Notes: generated by a model from the letters alone, not told the origin. A stretch of DNA of 64,000 bases from a virus (IMGVR_UViG_2778261223_000007:12132-76131), one strand, 5' to 3'; shown: positions 46,855-56,829, numbered from the stretch's first letter. Numbers and translations are program-made.

Positions 46855-47049
46855 AAATACTGGAAGCACTTTGTCTGCTACCAAGCATTCTCTGTTTAAG
46901 CACAACCATTTCCTGACGGCATAACACAGCAATAGCGGTCCTGGCACCAATTTGCTTACCAACCAGGTATTGCTTTACCTCGCGGCGACTCACGCCATCA
47001 AGAAGCATCTTTAACGCTTCACGGGACAACTTGTTGTATTTACGTGCCA
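46853..47049 (-). CDS. small HTH-like protein downstream of doc (post-doc position)
   Basis: 65 aa from the ATG 6 nt after the doc stop; MARKYNKLSREALKMLLDGVSRREVKQYLVG. Confidence 0.35.
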
Positions 47050-47054
47050 TTAAT

Positions 47055-47435
47055 CTACTCCGCAGAACCATACAATCTACGTAACGTGTCGGCGACAGAA
47101 GATACAGATATCTCGCCAGTCGCAGCGCCTACAGTAAGGTCTGCCAGTTCAGGTGAATCAAATACCTGAACCCCGTTACGGCGTAGAAATAGCAGCGCAC
47201 TGTTTAGCGCGGTACGCTTATTGGCATCATTGAATATATGCCCTCTCGCTGTAGCCACCAGGTAGGTGGCGGAGACTTCGAAAAGGTCGCTGATCTCTTC
47301 GTAGGCAACTCTGGCCTGAACTCTCCCGATAATGGCCTCTGCCCTACCCGGATCTGACATTCCCGGCAGGCCACCGTAGCGGCTTATATTCGCATCATGA
47401 AGCGCAATAAGTTCTTCCGGTGATATATGCCTCAT
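47055..47435 (-). CDS. doc: Doc toxin (Fic/Doc family)
   Basis: 126 aa; sequence matches P1 Doc as I recall it ([25 protein letters not shown]...). Confidence 0.9.
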
Positions 47436-47656
47436 TATCGGTTAACCAGTTCCTTGTTGGTGGAGTCCAGGGTGTCAAACAGGGATGCAAATTCGGCATC
47501 CAGCGCCGCTTTTTTGTAGGCTTCAAAAGTAGCCTTGCTAACAATTACTGCTGGCTCACGGCCTCTGCGGGTGATTTCAACCTCTTCCCCGGCTTCAACA
47601 TTGTTGAGCACTTCAGAAAGGTTGCCGCGCGCGGTACGGAAGTTAATGGATTGCAT
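47435..47656 (-). CDS. phd: Phd antitoxin
   Basis: 73 aa from [17 protein letters not shown]...; stop overlaps doc start; matches P1 Phd as I recall it. Confidence 0.9.
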
Positions 47657-47764
47657 AAACACCTCGTGTGCTCGTTATGTGTACGCAATTATAGGTTTTA
47701 ATGATGCTGAATACCACTTCTTGGTGCCTTAAATCCTCGAGATGCAGTCTTGCAATTGCTGGGA

Positions 47765-48187
47765 TTAAGCAGAATAAGTGGTTGGAATTCTGAGCAGTAA
47801 TCCAATCTTGGCTATGTGCTCATATGGCAGCTCTCCGGTTTTACCGTCATGTATCGAGGCTATCAGATTCAATTCTTGCGCCGCTTTACGAATTTCAGTT
47901 TCTGATGGAACAAGGCGAAAACCGATGTGTAACATTTTGATATAGAAAGGTAATAGTTCGTACTTCACCCGTAACTGTGCTGCCGCATCTTTCAAATCAT
48001 GGATGATTTCTTGTTTTAAGTCAGAGCGGGGATTCGATAGCTTTGCTTGGTTAGACAATAACAGATGCGATATTTCCCCCAACTGTTCCTTGAATGAAAT
48101 GTAAGACTCAACCCCCTTGATGATGAGTCGACCTAGGACAAAAACGCTTACTCCAGTGACAACAGTGACAAAAGCAGACGAACTCAT
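47765..48187 (-). CDS. membrane-anchored hypothetical protein
   Basis: 140 aa, N-terminal hydrophobic helix. Confidence 0.4.
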   Translation of the reverse strand: MSSSAFVTVVTGVSVFVLGRLIIKGVESYISFKEQLGEISHLLLSNQAKLSNPRSDLKQEIIHDLKDAAAQLRVKYELLPFYIKMLHIGFRLVPSETEIRKAAQELNLIASIHDGKTGELPYEHIAKIGLLLRIPTTYSA

Positions 48188-48321
48188 TCGCGTACCTAAA
48201 AAGAGAATTATAACCTCATCTTATCTTCAAGTGAGTAACCGCGTCTAATGGGAGGAATCATTTAAATGGCCAGGGCGATATAGATCCAGTCATGCCTCTC
48301 TATGGTTTCTCTGAAAACAAA

Positions 48322-48711
48322 TCATATAGCAGGACTATCATCAAATTCACCGCCCCTGGCGTCATTGATAATGTGGGTGATCACACCAAAAACAGCATTA
48401 CTACCCGTGTAACCATCGTCATCTACTGGTAACGCCTCTTTCTTCCCGGTGCTTAAATCCTCCAGGTGCTGGCGCGGATACTTCCGGTATCTTTTTACGC
48501 GATATTCCCCCTCCATAGCGCATATAAGCAGTGAGCCATCAACCGGAGTAAGTGAGGAATCAACCACCAGCAAAGCACCCTGCAATATTCCCTCACGGTG
48601 ATGGCTATCAGCTGCCCGCATGAAGTAGGTTGCTGATGGATGTCTAATTAGTTGCTGATCAAGAGAAATTCGGCTTTCAACATAATCCGCCGCAGGAGAA
48701 GGGAAGCCCAT
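48322..48711 (-). CDS. humD: UmuD'-like S24 peptidase-family protein (HumD-like)
   Basis: 129 aa; GFPSPAADYVE ... GILQGALLVVD ... KRYRK pattern of UmuD/LexA C-terminal domain; LexA box 19 bp upstream. Confidence 0.75.
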   Translation of the reverse strand: MGFPSPAADYVESRISLDQQLIRHPSATYFMRAADSHHREGILQGALLVVDSSLTPVDGSLLICAMEGEYRVKRYRKYPRQHLEDLSTGKKEALPVDDDGYTGSNAVFGVITHIINDARGGEFDDSPAI

Positions 48712-48729
48712 AGCGTTTTACCTCAATGA

Positions 48730-48749
48730 TACTGTTTATTCATACAGTA
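48730..48749. promoter_or_regulatory. LexA (SOS) box TACTGTTTATTCATACAGTA
   Basis: Perfect CTGT-N8-ACAG palindrome between divergent genes humD (minus) and 48902..49252 (plus). Confidence 0.7.
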
Positions 48750-48901
48750 TACATTGAAAAGGCATAGTTTGTGAAAGCGGGGTTTGTAAGCAACGCCGCT
48801 GGCGGCAAGGTCTACGTTCACCTTGTCTCGCTCTTCCTGGCTTTTAGCTGCTATATTTCGATCTGACACAAGAAACCTCCAGGAGTTAGTGGATCAGGCA
48901 C

Positions 48902-49252
48902 ATGCACAATAACGTTCTCAATGTTAGCCGTTCAATTCAGACAATCAGAGACTGCACCAGTGTGGTGGCATCAATCCCATTGCGAAACAGCATAGACGAA
49001 CTGCAAATTCGTGTATTGAATCTGAATCAGGCTAATAAGCAATTGCGCTTTATTTTGACGCTGAAAAGTGAAACAGAGGGGATAAAGCACAGCGTAAAAG
49101 TGTTTTCTGAGGCCATTCTGCTTAATGGGAAGCTCCGGCATCTAGTAAGGCCAGAACGTCAATATCCTGACGTCCTGGCGCGTGAAAAAGACCTTCTTTC
49201 TGAAGTTCAGGATAGGGTGATCGATTTCGTCAAATGCTATCCCCTGCATTGA
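48902..49252 (+). CDS. hypothetical protein, divergent from humD (likely SOS-regulated)
   Basis: 116 aa, ATG start; shares the LexA box region. Confidence 0.4.
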   Translation: MHNNVLNVSRSIQTIRDCTSVVASIPLRNSIDELQIRVLNLNQANKQLRFILTLKSETEGIKHSVKVFSEAILLNGKLRHLVRPERQYPDVLAREKDLLSEVQDRVIDFVKCYPLH

Positions 49253-49358
49253 GGGCAGGTGTTCCCTTCCGCAAAGTAGGGAAAACTGCTATCAAGTTCA
49301 TCACACCATCTGCGATGGTCGTAGCACCAAAACGCCTCCCACGGTGCACGGAAATACT

Positions 49359-49511
49359 TCATCCACCAGGACACTCGATCAGGTATATCTGCTGGTGGCA
49401 GTTCTTCTGGCAATAATTTGCCTGATAATCCCGCGACAGCATTTTTTTGAGGCTCGCGTTCTCTTTTTCAAGCTCATCTACGCGCACCTGTAATTCAGCT
49501 TTCGTTGGCAT
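49359..49511 (-). CDS. small coiled-coil protein (candidate)
   Basis: 50 aa from ATG with GAGG RBS; overlaps 3' end of upstream gene by 17 nt. Confidence 0.25.
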   Translation of the reverse strand: MPTKAELQVRVDELEKENASLKKMLSRDYQANYCQKNCHQQIYLIECPGG

Positions 49512-50577
49512 GGTCCGCCTCATGCTTTTCAGCCACCAGCGGCAATAAAGCCCTGGCCATCTTATGAACCAATAGTGCATCAATAATGCCAAGCGTATGC
49601 CCCGGCTTAATGTTTAATGCCGCCTCAAGGTGACACCTTTCCAAGCCACTTTTCTCGGCTTGTTTATGATGATCTGGTGTAATAACGTCGCCCAAAACAC
49701 GGCTAATTCTTTCTCGTAATTGCTGGGTGCCCGCACTCTTGATCGCTGTATCGTGGAGACGGTTAACCAGTTCGCGATAAACATGCGGCTTAATTCGGAT
49801 ACGTTCACCGGTGACGCCCTTTCCTGGCGCTGGCACCGAACTATCCGGAATATCCGGATAGTTGCCAGCCAGTCTACGCAAAACGGCCTTAACAGCCTCA
49901 ATACGGTCATCATCGCAATTTTCCAGCGTATCTATGCGATCGAGCATGATGATGGCGTTATCAATATCAGGATTGCCGGTCCACTCATTACCGCGATTGG
50001 ATTCGGCAGCCTGGTTGCCGCGTACTGGTTGATTATCGGCTTTACCCAGTCTGTCGTTGCTGCATGAATGCCCTTCCAGCCAGGCCAATGCTTGTCGCAT
50101 GAAATACGCAATATGTTTGCCGTGGTAATCGTCTTCATCGATGTGAAAAGCGATACTGCGGATGTATTCAATTGCGTTTTCAATGGCCTCCGGCGTTATC
50201 GGCGCTGACATATTTTGATTTTGGAGTGCCAAGACGCGGCTGGCATCCTCAACACCTTTAACGGCATCTGCGCAGTAGTTATAGCGATTGCATTCCACTA
50301 ACTTCTGCTTGAGATTTTCAATTGCTTGCGCGACATCAGCCTGCAATTCCCGAACTGGCGGAGTAGCATATAACGGCACCCACTTTGGTGCTTTATCCCC
50401 GACCGAACGCTGATACCAGTCACCCGGTTTGTATTCATAAAACTCACCAACAGGCTCTGCTTCCAGCGATGCCAGCGCAATTTCATAAGCACGGCGCTCA
50501 ATATTGTCTCGAACGTCCAGACTGCCTATGCGCTCTTTGATTTCTTTAATCAGTTCTTTGTCGGTTAAAACGGTCAT
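49495..50577 (-). CDS. hypothetical protein
   Basis: 360 aa, ATG with GAGG RBS. Confidence 0.5.
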   Translation of the reverse strand: MTVLTDKELIKEIKERIGSLDVRDNIERRAYEIALASLEAEPVGEFYEYKPGDWYQRSVGDKAPKWVPLYATPPVRELQADVAQAIENLKQKLVECNRYNYCADAVKGVEDASRVLALQNQNMSAPITPEAIENAIEYIRSIAFHIDEDDYHGKHIAYFMRQALAWLEGHSCSNDRLGKADNQPVRGNQAAESNRGNEWTGNPDIDNAIIMLDRIDTLENCDDDRIEAVKAVLRRLAGNYPDIPDSSVPAPGKGVTGERIRIKPHVYRELVNRLHDTAIKSAGTQQLRERISRVLGDVITPDHHKQAEKSGLERCHLEAALNIKPGHTLGIIDALLVHKMARALLPLVAEKHEADHANES

Positions 50578-50587
50578 AATTTATGCC

Positions 50588-50824
50588 TCAGTTGTAGCCA
50601 ATCGGATTAACAGCAACAAGAACGCCGTCGGCGAATAAGTCTTTAATGAGGTGTTCGCTCGGCTTGCCTTTTTCGTACTCTTCAATAAGGTAAGTGTCGC
50701 CATTTTCATTGATATAAACAGGAAGGATGGAGCCGTTGATAAAGTAGGTTCCGTTATTGTCGAGGATTTTTGCCTCGGCGATTTGTTTTTTGGTAAAACT
50801 CTCTTCTTTTGTCAAAGTTGCCAT
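50588..50824 (-). CDS. hypothetical small protein (frame stays open upstream to 51043)
   Basis: 78 aa from the ATG preceded by AAGGA; MATLTKEESFTKKQIAEAKILDNNG... Confidence 0.4.
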   Translation of the reverse strand: MATLTKEESFTKKQIAEAKILDNNGTYFINGSILPVYINENGDTYLIEEYEKGKPSEHLIKDLFADGVLVAVNPIGYN

Positions 50825-51044
50825 ATCAGTTTCCTTGTATGGGTTAATTTTATTGTGTAGTGCCCCGAATGGTTTACACACTATATCGATATACAGGTCA
50901 ACTAACGGTTCAAATGCTTTCCCCACTAGAACAGTCACTAATATTGAGGATATCGGTATCAGCAGCACGATAAACAGAATGAGAAACAAGAGTTCTATAG
51001 CCCTGCTTCTTCGCGGATATTCTTTTCTGAATAATGTCGGCACA

Positions 51045-51260
51045 TCACTCTCCTTTGTTGATCCTCAAAATTTTATGACCTGGCGCAAAAGCACGCGTTT
51101 TGTCGGCGCTTATTCGCCAGCCATCCTTACGCGCCTCTTTTGCACAGCCAGCCCATGACGTACCGATATACTCACCGAAGTCTGGCGTTTGATATTTACC
51201 ATTTGTACACTGGCGACAATCACAGTAGAGATGCATGGTGTAACTTGCGGCAATAGCCAT
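51045..51260 (-). CDS. small Cys-rich (zinc-binding-like) protein
   Basis: 72 aa from ATG with AAGGAG RBS; YCDCRQC ... GC cysteine cluster. Confidence 0.4.
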   Translation of the reverse strand: MAIAASYTMHLYCDCRQCTNGKYQTPDFGEYIGTSWAGCAKEARKDGWRISADKTRAFAPGHKILRINKGE

Positions 51261-51439
51261 ATCAGTCTCCTTTAGTGCGCAGGTGGTTTTTCCAGCGGTT
51301 TTGCGCCGCGCTGCCCTTATCTCGGACTCCCTCTCTGGCAATTCCAGAAAATGAAAACAACACCACACGACGATTGCTAACTCTCAACCACTGGCTGGGA
51401 TAGCAAAGTCTGTATACACGGGAGATAAGCATCTTAGCT

Positions 51440-52087
51440 TTACGGTTTTTCATCGTTTTGCTCTCCTGCGTCTCCTTTGATGCAAATGCCAGCGACGCGT
51501 GGCACATTAACTTCCACGATGCGCACTGTTGGTTTGTACATCTCAATCGCTGTCAGCCAGTCAGCGCCAGTCATGCGCTTTTCTGCATCGCCATTAGTCC
51601 ACTTAACCGGTACACCAATAGCCTTCATCGCGATTTCTATTTCCCCGGCGATGGCGCTTTTTCCGCAACCAGTAAAACCAGAAACAACGACAAGAACTTC
51701 ACCTTTGGCTGGTTTTATTTCCCGTGCTTCCAGTTCTGCTATGCGCTTTTCTGATGCTTCAAGTAACGCCTGCTTATCGCGTAGCGCTTCTTCCAGTTCA
51801 GCAACATGGCATTCACTATCAATAAGGTTGTTCTCTGCTGCTTCCAGCTCAACACGCAGCTTCCCTACCGTTAGCGCAATATCCTCGTTCTCCTGATCGC
51901 GGCTTTTGATGTATTGCAGGTTTCTTTCCCGTTCATCCAACAATGCCAGCGCGATATCTGGCGAAAAGTGCTTCATAAAATCGTTAAGCGCATTAATTCG
52001 CTGATCGAAAGGCATTACAGGTGCTTCACCAGCAATTTTTGTTTTTTCAGCGATTTCACGAAGCTTTTGATAATCAATCTTGCTCAC
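51440..52087 (-). CDS. Ead/Ea22-like coiled-coil prophage protein
   Basis: 215 aa; central coiled coil and C-terminal SGFTGCGKSAIAGEIEIAMKAIG block resemble the Ea22/Ead family of lambdoid prophages (from memory). Confidence 0.45.
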   Translation of the reverse strand: MSKIDYQKLREIAEKTKIAGEAPVMPFDQRINALNDFMKHFSPDIALALLDERERNLQYIKSRDQENEDIALTVGKLRVELEAAENNLIDSECHVAELEEALRDKQALLEASEKRIAELEAREIKPAKGEVLVVVSGFTGCGKSAIAGEIEIAMKAIGVPVKWTNGDAEKRMTGADWLTAIEMYKPTVRIVEVNVPRVAGICIKGDAGEQNDEKP

Positions 52088-52373
52088 TGGTTGCCTCCGC
52101 TTCCCACGTTTTCAGACTTTCACCACAGAATGGGCAAAATGAAACTCGAATAGGCGATTTAGAAAATTCACCAGACCGCAGCATGATCAGGTCCTGTGAA
52201 TGAATTAATTCATGGTTATAGACTTTGTATTTCAGCAGGCCTTTTCGCGTCGTGTATTCAGCATCCTGCTCCAGAGATTGTGCCAGCGCCGCGCACGGTT
52301 CTATTTTTCTGCCATTAATCAAACAAGTGGAGATTCTGCACTTTGCAGCTCCGTCACCGTTACCTTGACTCAT
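52074..52373 (-). CDS. small zinc-ribbon-like protein
   Basis: 99 aa; CRISTC and CPFCGE cysteine pairs. Confidence 0.35.
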   Translation of the reverse strand: MSQGNGDGAAKCRISTCLINGRKIEPCAALAQSLEQDAEYTTRKGLLKYKVYNHELIHSQDLIMLRSGEFSKSPIRVSFCPFCGESLKTWEAEATSEQD

Positions 52374-52386
52374 TGCGTTGTTCCCA

Positions 52387-53382
52387 TCAGTTATTAAACG
52401 TGATCACTCCGCGCTCGATGGCGAAGTCGAAAAGCTGGTTAGCGGCTACATAAAGTCGTATGCCATGTGCTTTTTCCCATGCCCGGACATCGTTTTCTGC
52501 GCTTCTGGCGCAGTCATCGCAAAGAGGAACAGCCCAGCGGTCGTGTTCGTTTAACGAGCGGACGCGGTACATGAACGGGTGGTTAACTTTGCCACCGCAT
52601 CCGATGCACGGACGAGAAACCACAAACCGGAGATAAGCTGGGCTTTTACCGAGGACCACTTTTGGTCGGCGCATATAAAGCAGGCCGGAATCCTCATCTA
52701 CAGACAGGTTGACGATCTGCTCTGCGGTTATGTCCACCAGCTCGCGGGTACTGTGCTCCCAAGTGATATCTGATTCTTTCAGCGTACCGGTAGGGATTTC
52801 AGTTTTTGGCTGACAAAATGCAATGCGACCGGCTTCATCTGGCAGCTCATCTTTCAGATTCCGGCGAATGGCCCAAAAAGTGAGTTCAACCATGCTCAGA
52901 TCGCGTTCTGGCGGTAGTTTTAACTCGCTCGCAGCCCAGTTCATAACCCAGTTGGCGCGATTCAGGGATAACTGGTCGTCCAGCTTGCTGTACCCCTTCA
53001 TCATGTATTCCGCATCATGCTTCCAGCACAGGCGAACGGCAGAGCCGTTATAGAAATGAGTGGTTAGCTGGTGGCTACAATCGCGCTTATCGTGCGCCTG
53101 GCAATCGTGGATATTGGAACTTACCCAATGAACAAGCGAATCTTCACCGCCTAACGCGTTAAATACGCGCTCGCTTTGAAAAAACGGTTTCAGAGACTGG
53201 TTGGCAACCAGCGAATAATTCAGATCCACTACGCCATCTGGCGTGTTTTCAGCCTGTTCACGCGGAAGTGGGGAGATAATGAAACGGCGACCTGCGCCAA
53301 TGTAGTTACTGGTGGGCTTGTCTACCGGAAAGACAGCCACACCAGCTCCGTTTACGAAATGAGGTGTGATTATTGCACTCAT
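52387..53382 (-). CDS. DUF968-like prophage protein with C-terminal Cys cluster
   Basis: 331 aa; C-terminal PCIGCGG...HP...R...WAVPLCDDCAR motif; first gene downstream of a paired operator-like motif at 53422..53454. Confidence 0.45.
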   Translation of the reverse strand: MSAIITPHFVNGAGVAVFPVDKPTSNYIGAGRRFIISPLPREQAENTPDGVVDLNYSLVANQSLKPFFQSERVFNALGGEDSLVHWVSSNIHDCQAHDKRDCSHQLTTHFYNGSAVRLCWKHDAEYMMKGYSKLDDQLSLNRANWVMNWAASELKLPPERDLSMVELTFWAIRRNLKDELPDEAGRIAFCQPKTEIPTGTLKESDITWEHSTRELVDITAEQIVNLSVDEDSGLLYMRRPKVVLGKSPAYLRFVVSRPCIGCGGKVNHPFMYRVRSLNEHDRWAVPLCDDCARSAENDVRAWEKAHGIRLYVAANQLFDFAIERGVITFNN

Positions 53383-53421
53383 AATGTATACCGACTCTGT
53401 TTTGTTCCGAGCGGTAAAATA

Positions 53422-53454
53422 ATGTGTTAGAAAACTAAAATCAATGTTCTAACG
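53422..53454 (-). promoter_or_regulatory. paired operator-like motifs in inverted orientation (GTTAGAA ... TTCTAAC, 14 bp apart)
   Basis: Full motif at 53422..53441 plus inverted partial copy at 53444..53454; upstream of the minus-strand operon starting at 53382. Confidence 0.5.
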
Positions 53455-53480
53455 TAATTTTGAGTGCGTAAATGATTTGA

Positions 53481-54173
53481 TCAGACTTTAAGCTGCCCTC
53501 CCTTCACCTGCATTAGCGTCAGATTTCCGCAAAAAACCGCGCCCGTGTCTATGTAGTGCTGATTCCAGTATGCTTTTGGTCTTCGTACCGGTGTGTGCCC
53601 AAAGATAAAGCGATCTGCGCCTGTGATTTCTCCACCAATGCCATCTATCGAATCACCGACGCGACTGCGCGACCAGACAACATCAAAAAGCGACACATCC
53701 TTACCGAACTGGTACTCTCCACCTGGATAGTCGGCATGGGCTATAACGATAGTTTCATGCCCGGTGTTCAACTCAATGATATATGGCAGACGCTTTACCA
53801 GCTCCACCAGCGCCCAGGCTAATATTTCCTGATCAGTGTCCAGCATGAAGAACCATTGTCCGCCATTCATTAGCCAGTTATTCACGTTGCCATCAGGACT
53901 TAACGCATCAAGCATCAACCGCTCATGGTTCCCCATTACTGCCCTGAACCAGGGCATCTGCAATAGTTCCAGACATTCGACATTTTCAGTACCGCGATCG
54001 ATAAGGTCGCCAACAGATATCAGTAAATCCTGCGCCGGGTCAAAATCCACACGATGGAGTTCGGACATCAGTCTGGTGTAGCAACCATGCAGATCACCAA
54101 CAACCCATATGTTTCTGTAGCCAGAACCATCAATACGGCTATATAAATTCACTTCATGCATAGTCTGGATCAT
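53481..54173 (-). CDS. Ser/Thr protein phosphatase (calcineurin-like metallophosphoesterase, lambda PPase-like)
   Basis: Motifs GDLHGC, GDLIDRG, GNHE; start set at MIQTMHEV (GGAGAAGG RBS), which overlaps the upstream gene stop. Confidence 0.65.
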   Translation of the reverse strand: MIQTMHEVNLYSRIDGSGYRNIWVVGDLHGCYTRLMSELHRVDFDPAQDLLISVGDLIDRGTENVECLELLQMPWFRAVMGNHERLMLDALSPDGNVNNWLMNGGQWFFMLDTDQEILAWALVELVKRLPYIIELNTGHETIVIAHADYPGGEYQFGKDVSLFDVVWSRSRVGDSIDGIGGEITGADRFIFGHTPVRRPKAYWNQHYIDTGAVFCGNLTLMQVKGGQLKV

Positions 54174-54481
54174 GCGGCAACCTTCTCCCGCAGCCAGATA
54201 CAAACTGGACCATCTTCAGTGTCATGAATAGAGCCAACAAACCAGCCTTCACCCTCTGGTCGCTCCGGTTCCCAGGCGGCAATATCGGGACCAGCTGCGT
54301 CCAGATCAAAATCATCTTCATCCATACTGCGAATAGTCCACTGAAGATTATTTTCCTTCATCCAGGCGTCAAATTCCTCAGTGGAAATATATTCACGACC
54401 TGCGCAAAACTTCTCATACTCCGGATGTGTCCAGCAGCCATATTCATCACGTTCTACCGGCATTTCTTTAATGATGCTCAC
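54170..54481 (-). CDS. hypothetical acidic protein
   Basis: 103 aa, operon context. Confidence 0.4.
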   Translation of the reverse strand: MSIIKEMPVERDEYGCWTHPEYEKFCAGREYISTEEFDAWMKENNLQWTIRSMDEDDFDLDAAGPDIAAWEPERPEGEGWFVGSIHDTEDGPVCIWLREKVAA

Positions 54482-54702
54482 TCTTCATCCTCCAAGTCGG
54501 CAACGGCCTCCATCACATCAGAACCGCGAATAACCGCAAAAGCACGGCAGGCCATTTCAAACACCTGTTGTTCTTGCGGATGCGGTGACTCCCAATACTT
54601 AAAACCAGGTCGATGCTCGTAACCCATCATGGAATAAAAATCGCCAGCAAGTTCAATCGCGGCATCAACAAGTTCGCGATTTGTCATCGTCTGTTCTGTC
54701 AT
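54478..54702 (-). CDS. hypothetical protein
   Basis: 74 aa, overlaps neighbours in operon. Confidence 0.35.
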   Translation of the reverse strand: MTEQTMTNRELVDAAIELAGDFYSMMGYEHRPGFKYWESPHPQEQQVFEMACRAFAVIRGSDVMEAVADLEDEE

Positions 54703-54973
54703 TTGGTTTCTCCTGTCTGAACATCACTATCATCAGGTCGCCTTTTATCGCTATTCTGGCTGTTGTGCCTGGTTCAATGCGGCTAAGTTCAAATGCGTCA
54801 TAGAACGCTTCTAATGCCTTCTGGCGTAGTTCCTGTTTGCGCCGTTTTTTCCACTCTTTTAGGAAAATGGAACCCAGCCATCGCCAGGTACGGGACATGA
54901 TGTAAAGCCAACCGAGAAGTGCCAGACCGGTATTTAGGGCCGTATCGATCGTTATCGTGGTGTCGATATTCAC
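54665..54973 (-). CDS. membrane protein, hypothetical
   Basis: 102 aa; hydrophobic helix LALLGWLYIM. Confidence 0.35.
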   Translation of the reverse strand: MNIDTTITIDTALNTGLALLGWLYIMSRTWRWLGSIFLKEWKKRRKQELRQKALEAFYDAFELSRIEPGTTARIAIKGDLMIVMFRQEKPNDRTDDDKSRTC

Positions 54974-55251
54974 TGTGGTGGCTCCTGCTTTTCTGCCTTT
55001 AATACCATGCGAGAACCATCATCCAGCTCCCAATTAATTTCACCGCCTTCAGCCATGACTAGATGCCAAACGAGTTGTGCGGCCTCGTTGGTTACATCAC
55101 GACCGCGATCATTGCCGACACGACGTTTTGTTCCATCCCCTAAGTCACGCATTTTTGCCAACACGATGGTTTTTGATAGCGGTGAAAAACCAAGCTGTAG
55201 TCGTGCGGTATTACTCACTGTTTGCCTCCTTTGCGAAGCTGTTCCGCCCAT
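54970..55251 (-). CDS. hypothetical protein (start uncertain)
   Basis: 93 aa open frame; no clear RBS. Confidence 0.25.
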   Translation of the reverse strand: MGGTASQRRQTVSNTARLQLGFSPLSKTIVLAKMRDLGDGTKRRVGNDRGRDVTNEAAQLVWHLVMAEGGEINWELDDGSRMVLKAEKQEPPQ

Positions 55252-55703
55252 TCTTCAAGGGATTTCTCCGCATATTCACCGGACAGGCCATCAATCGGGT
55301 GCGGTTCATTAGCCAACTCTTCTTTCGCTGACAGAATCATGCGCGTAACGTCGAAAACTTCACGTAAAGACTTATTGATAAATCCGTGGTTGAAAGCAGC
55401 AGCAAGACGGCTTGCGGTATAGTTAATCCCCTCGTTGCGAGCCGCCGCACGAATTTCAGCCAGAAAAGCATCGGTGGCTGGAGTTTCGCTGTGGTGCAGG
55501 GCATCGTTGATAATCATTGCAGCAACTCCGGCCTGACCTGCATCCGTGACCGACACATGCTCAAGAGTTACAGCCATTGCATGTTTCAGCCCAGCATTCT
55601 CCGCCGCCAGCGCAGCACACGCTTTCTCAAGTCGGGAAATTTCCGTTACATACTCAGCGTTACGCTCTGCCAGTTGTGCGGGCGTTAAACCTTCAGACTT
55701 CAT
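55215..55703 (-). CDS. hypothetical protein
   Basis: 162 aa. Confidence 0.4.
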   Translation of the reverse strand: MKSEGLTPAQLAERNAEYVTEISRLEKACAALAAENAGLKHAMAVTLEHVSVTDAGQAGVAAMIINDALHHSETPATDAFLAEIRAAARNEGINYTASRLAAAFNHGFINKSLREVFDVTRMILSAKEELANEPHPIDGLSGEYAEKSLEEWAEQLRKGGKQ

Positions 55704-56010
55704 ACACTCTCCTTTCGAAATAAACGTACTGATTAATCATGCCTAGGGGCATTTCGAGTTTTTCCGCGATCTCACGGCGGGGAACACCACACCGATGAAG
55801 CTGCCGTGCCAGTTCTATATCGCCCTGCCGGTATTTGGCTGACGGGTGAAAGTCTCCTTTCAGAATCATGCAGATCCGCAGTTGCCGCGCTTTGGTTCTG
55901 ACAGCACTACCGGTACGCCCGATCAGCCTCCCAATACTCTCGACTGTCATAGTCCCGGCGCACTGGCGGAGTATCATGATTTCTGCCCTTCCCCATCCCC
56001 GCCAGCTCAC
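55693..56010 (-). CDS. putative HTH DNA-binding protein
   Basis: 105 aa; two HTH-like stretches (ESIGRLIGRTGSAVRTKARQL; RREIAEKLEMPLGMINQYV). Confidence 0.35.
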   Translation of the reverse strand: MSWRGWGRAEIMILRQCAGTMTVESIGRLIGRTGSAVRTKARQLRICMILKGDFHPSAKYRQGDIELARQLHRCGVPRREIAEKLEMPLGMINQYVYFERRVYEV

Positions 56011-56618
56011 GCAGAACTCCTTCTAACCAAAAGCACGCCATCTTCAGAAACAACGTTGCAGGACTTCAGGTAATTCATTGCCTCTTTCGGTAATGGATTC
56101 TTTGGATCGGCGTTTGCCAGGGATTTCGATAACCTCATGATAAATTTGATCATTACCTTCTGGCGGAGCTTGTGCTCATGAGATAAAGACAGGTAATAGG
56201 AAATGGTATGGGCTAAACGCTCACGAAGCTGTTCTGTGCCGTGATATACAGCAGCGATATCACACAGTGCATTGACCAGTTCCCGGTAAATATGCGGAGC
56301 AACCTGGCATTCAATGTTGGTTGGTGACTCATAAATTACAGTCAGCCCCAGCTTTTCAGCCAGCGCGTGCTCTGCACGAGCACCAATCGATTCCTCCCAT
56401 CGATTGAGCAAGTAGATCGCATCAGCAGAACGCACCATTGCCAGGCAAATATCCATGTATTCACTCTGACAAAGGCCACCAGGTAACACAGCTGGATTCA
56501 GAACGATATGCCCTTCAGCCATCAGCTCGCTCGCTTTCGCATTAAACGCAGCACGGTTGTAATCTGGATAACCAGTCATCGGCCCCGCGATGTAAATTTT
56601 CAAAACACGTTTCACCAT
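56007..56618 (-). CDS. DUF4406-like protein (nucleoside 2-deoxyribosyltransferase-like fold)
   Basis: IYIAGPMTGYPDYN motif; start set at MVKR, which overlaps (TGATG) the stop of the upstream small ORF. Confidence 0.45.
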   Translation of the reverse strand: MVKRVLKIYIAGPMTGYPDYNRAAFNAKASELMAEGHIVLNPAVLPGGLCQSEYMDICLAMVRSADAIYLLNRWEESIGARAEHALAEKLGLTVIYESPTNIECQVAPHIYRELVNALCDIAAVYHGTEQLRERLAHTISYYLSLSHEHKLRQKVMIKFIMRLSKSLANADPKNPLPKEAMNYLKSCNVVSEDGVLLVRRSSA

Positions 56619-56773
56619 CAAAATTTCCCCAAAATCGTGACGCAAAACATAAGCACTGCGAAAAGCTCAATACCAAGCTCAAGTAGCGCCAACGCCCCGA
56701 AAAACAACACATAGAACAGGCCAATCTCATTCACAGATGGCTGGTGGATCGCACTTAAAGCTATAAGCATCAT
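56618..56773 (-). CDS. small hydrophobic protein
   Basis: 51 aa, GGAGG RBS, coupled to downstream gene; not in ORF track (below 60 aa). Confidence 0.35.
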   Translation of the reverse strand: MMLIALSAIHQPSVNEIGLFYVLFFGALALLELGIELFAVLMFCVTILGKF

Positions 56774-56810
56774 GTCCTCCAAACAGTTATCAGGAATGAT
56801 ATTAATGTTT

Positions 56811-56829
56811 TGTGTTAGAAAATCAATTT
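56811..56829 (-). promoter_or_regulatory. operator-like motif (rc AAATTGATTTTCTAACACA)
   Basis: Motif family member; in the divergent region between 56773 (minus) and ref (plus). Confidence 0.5.
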
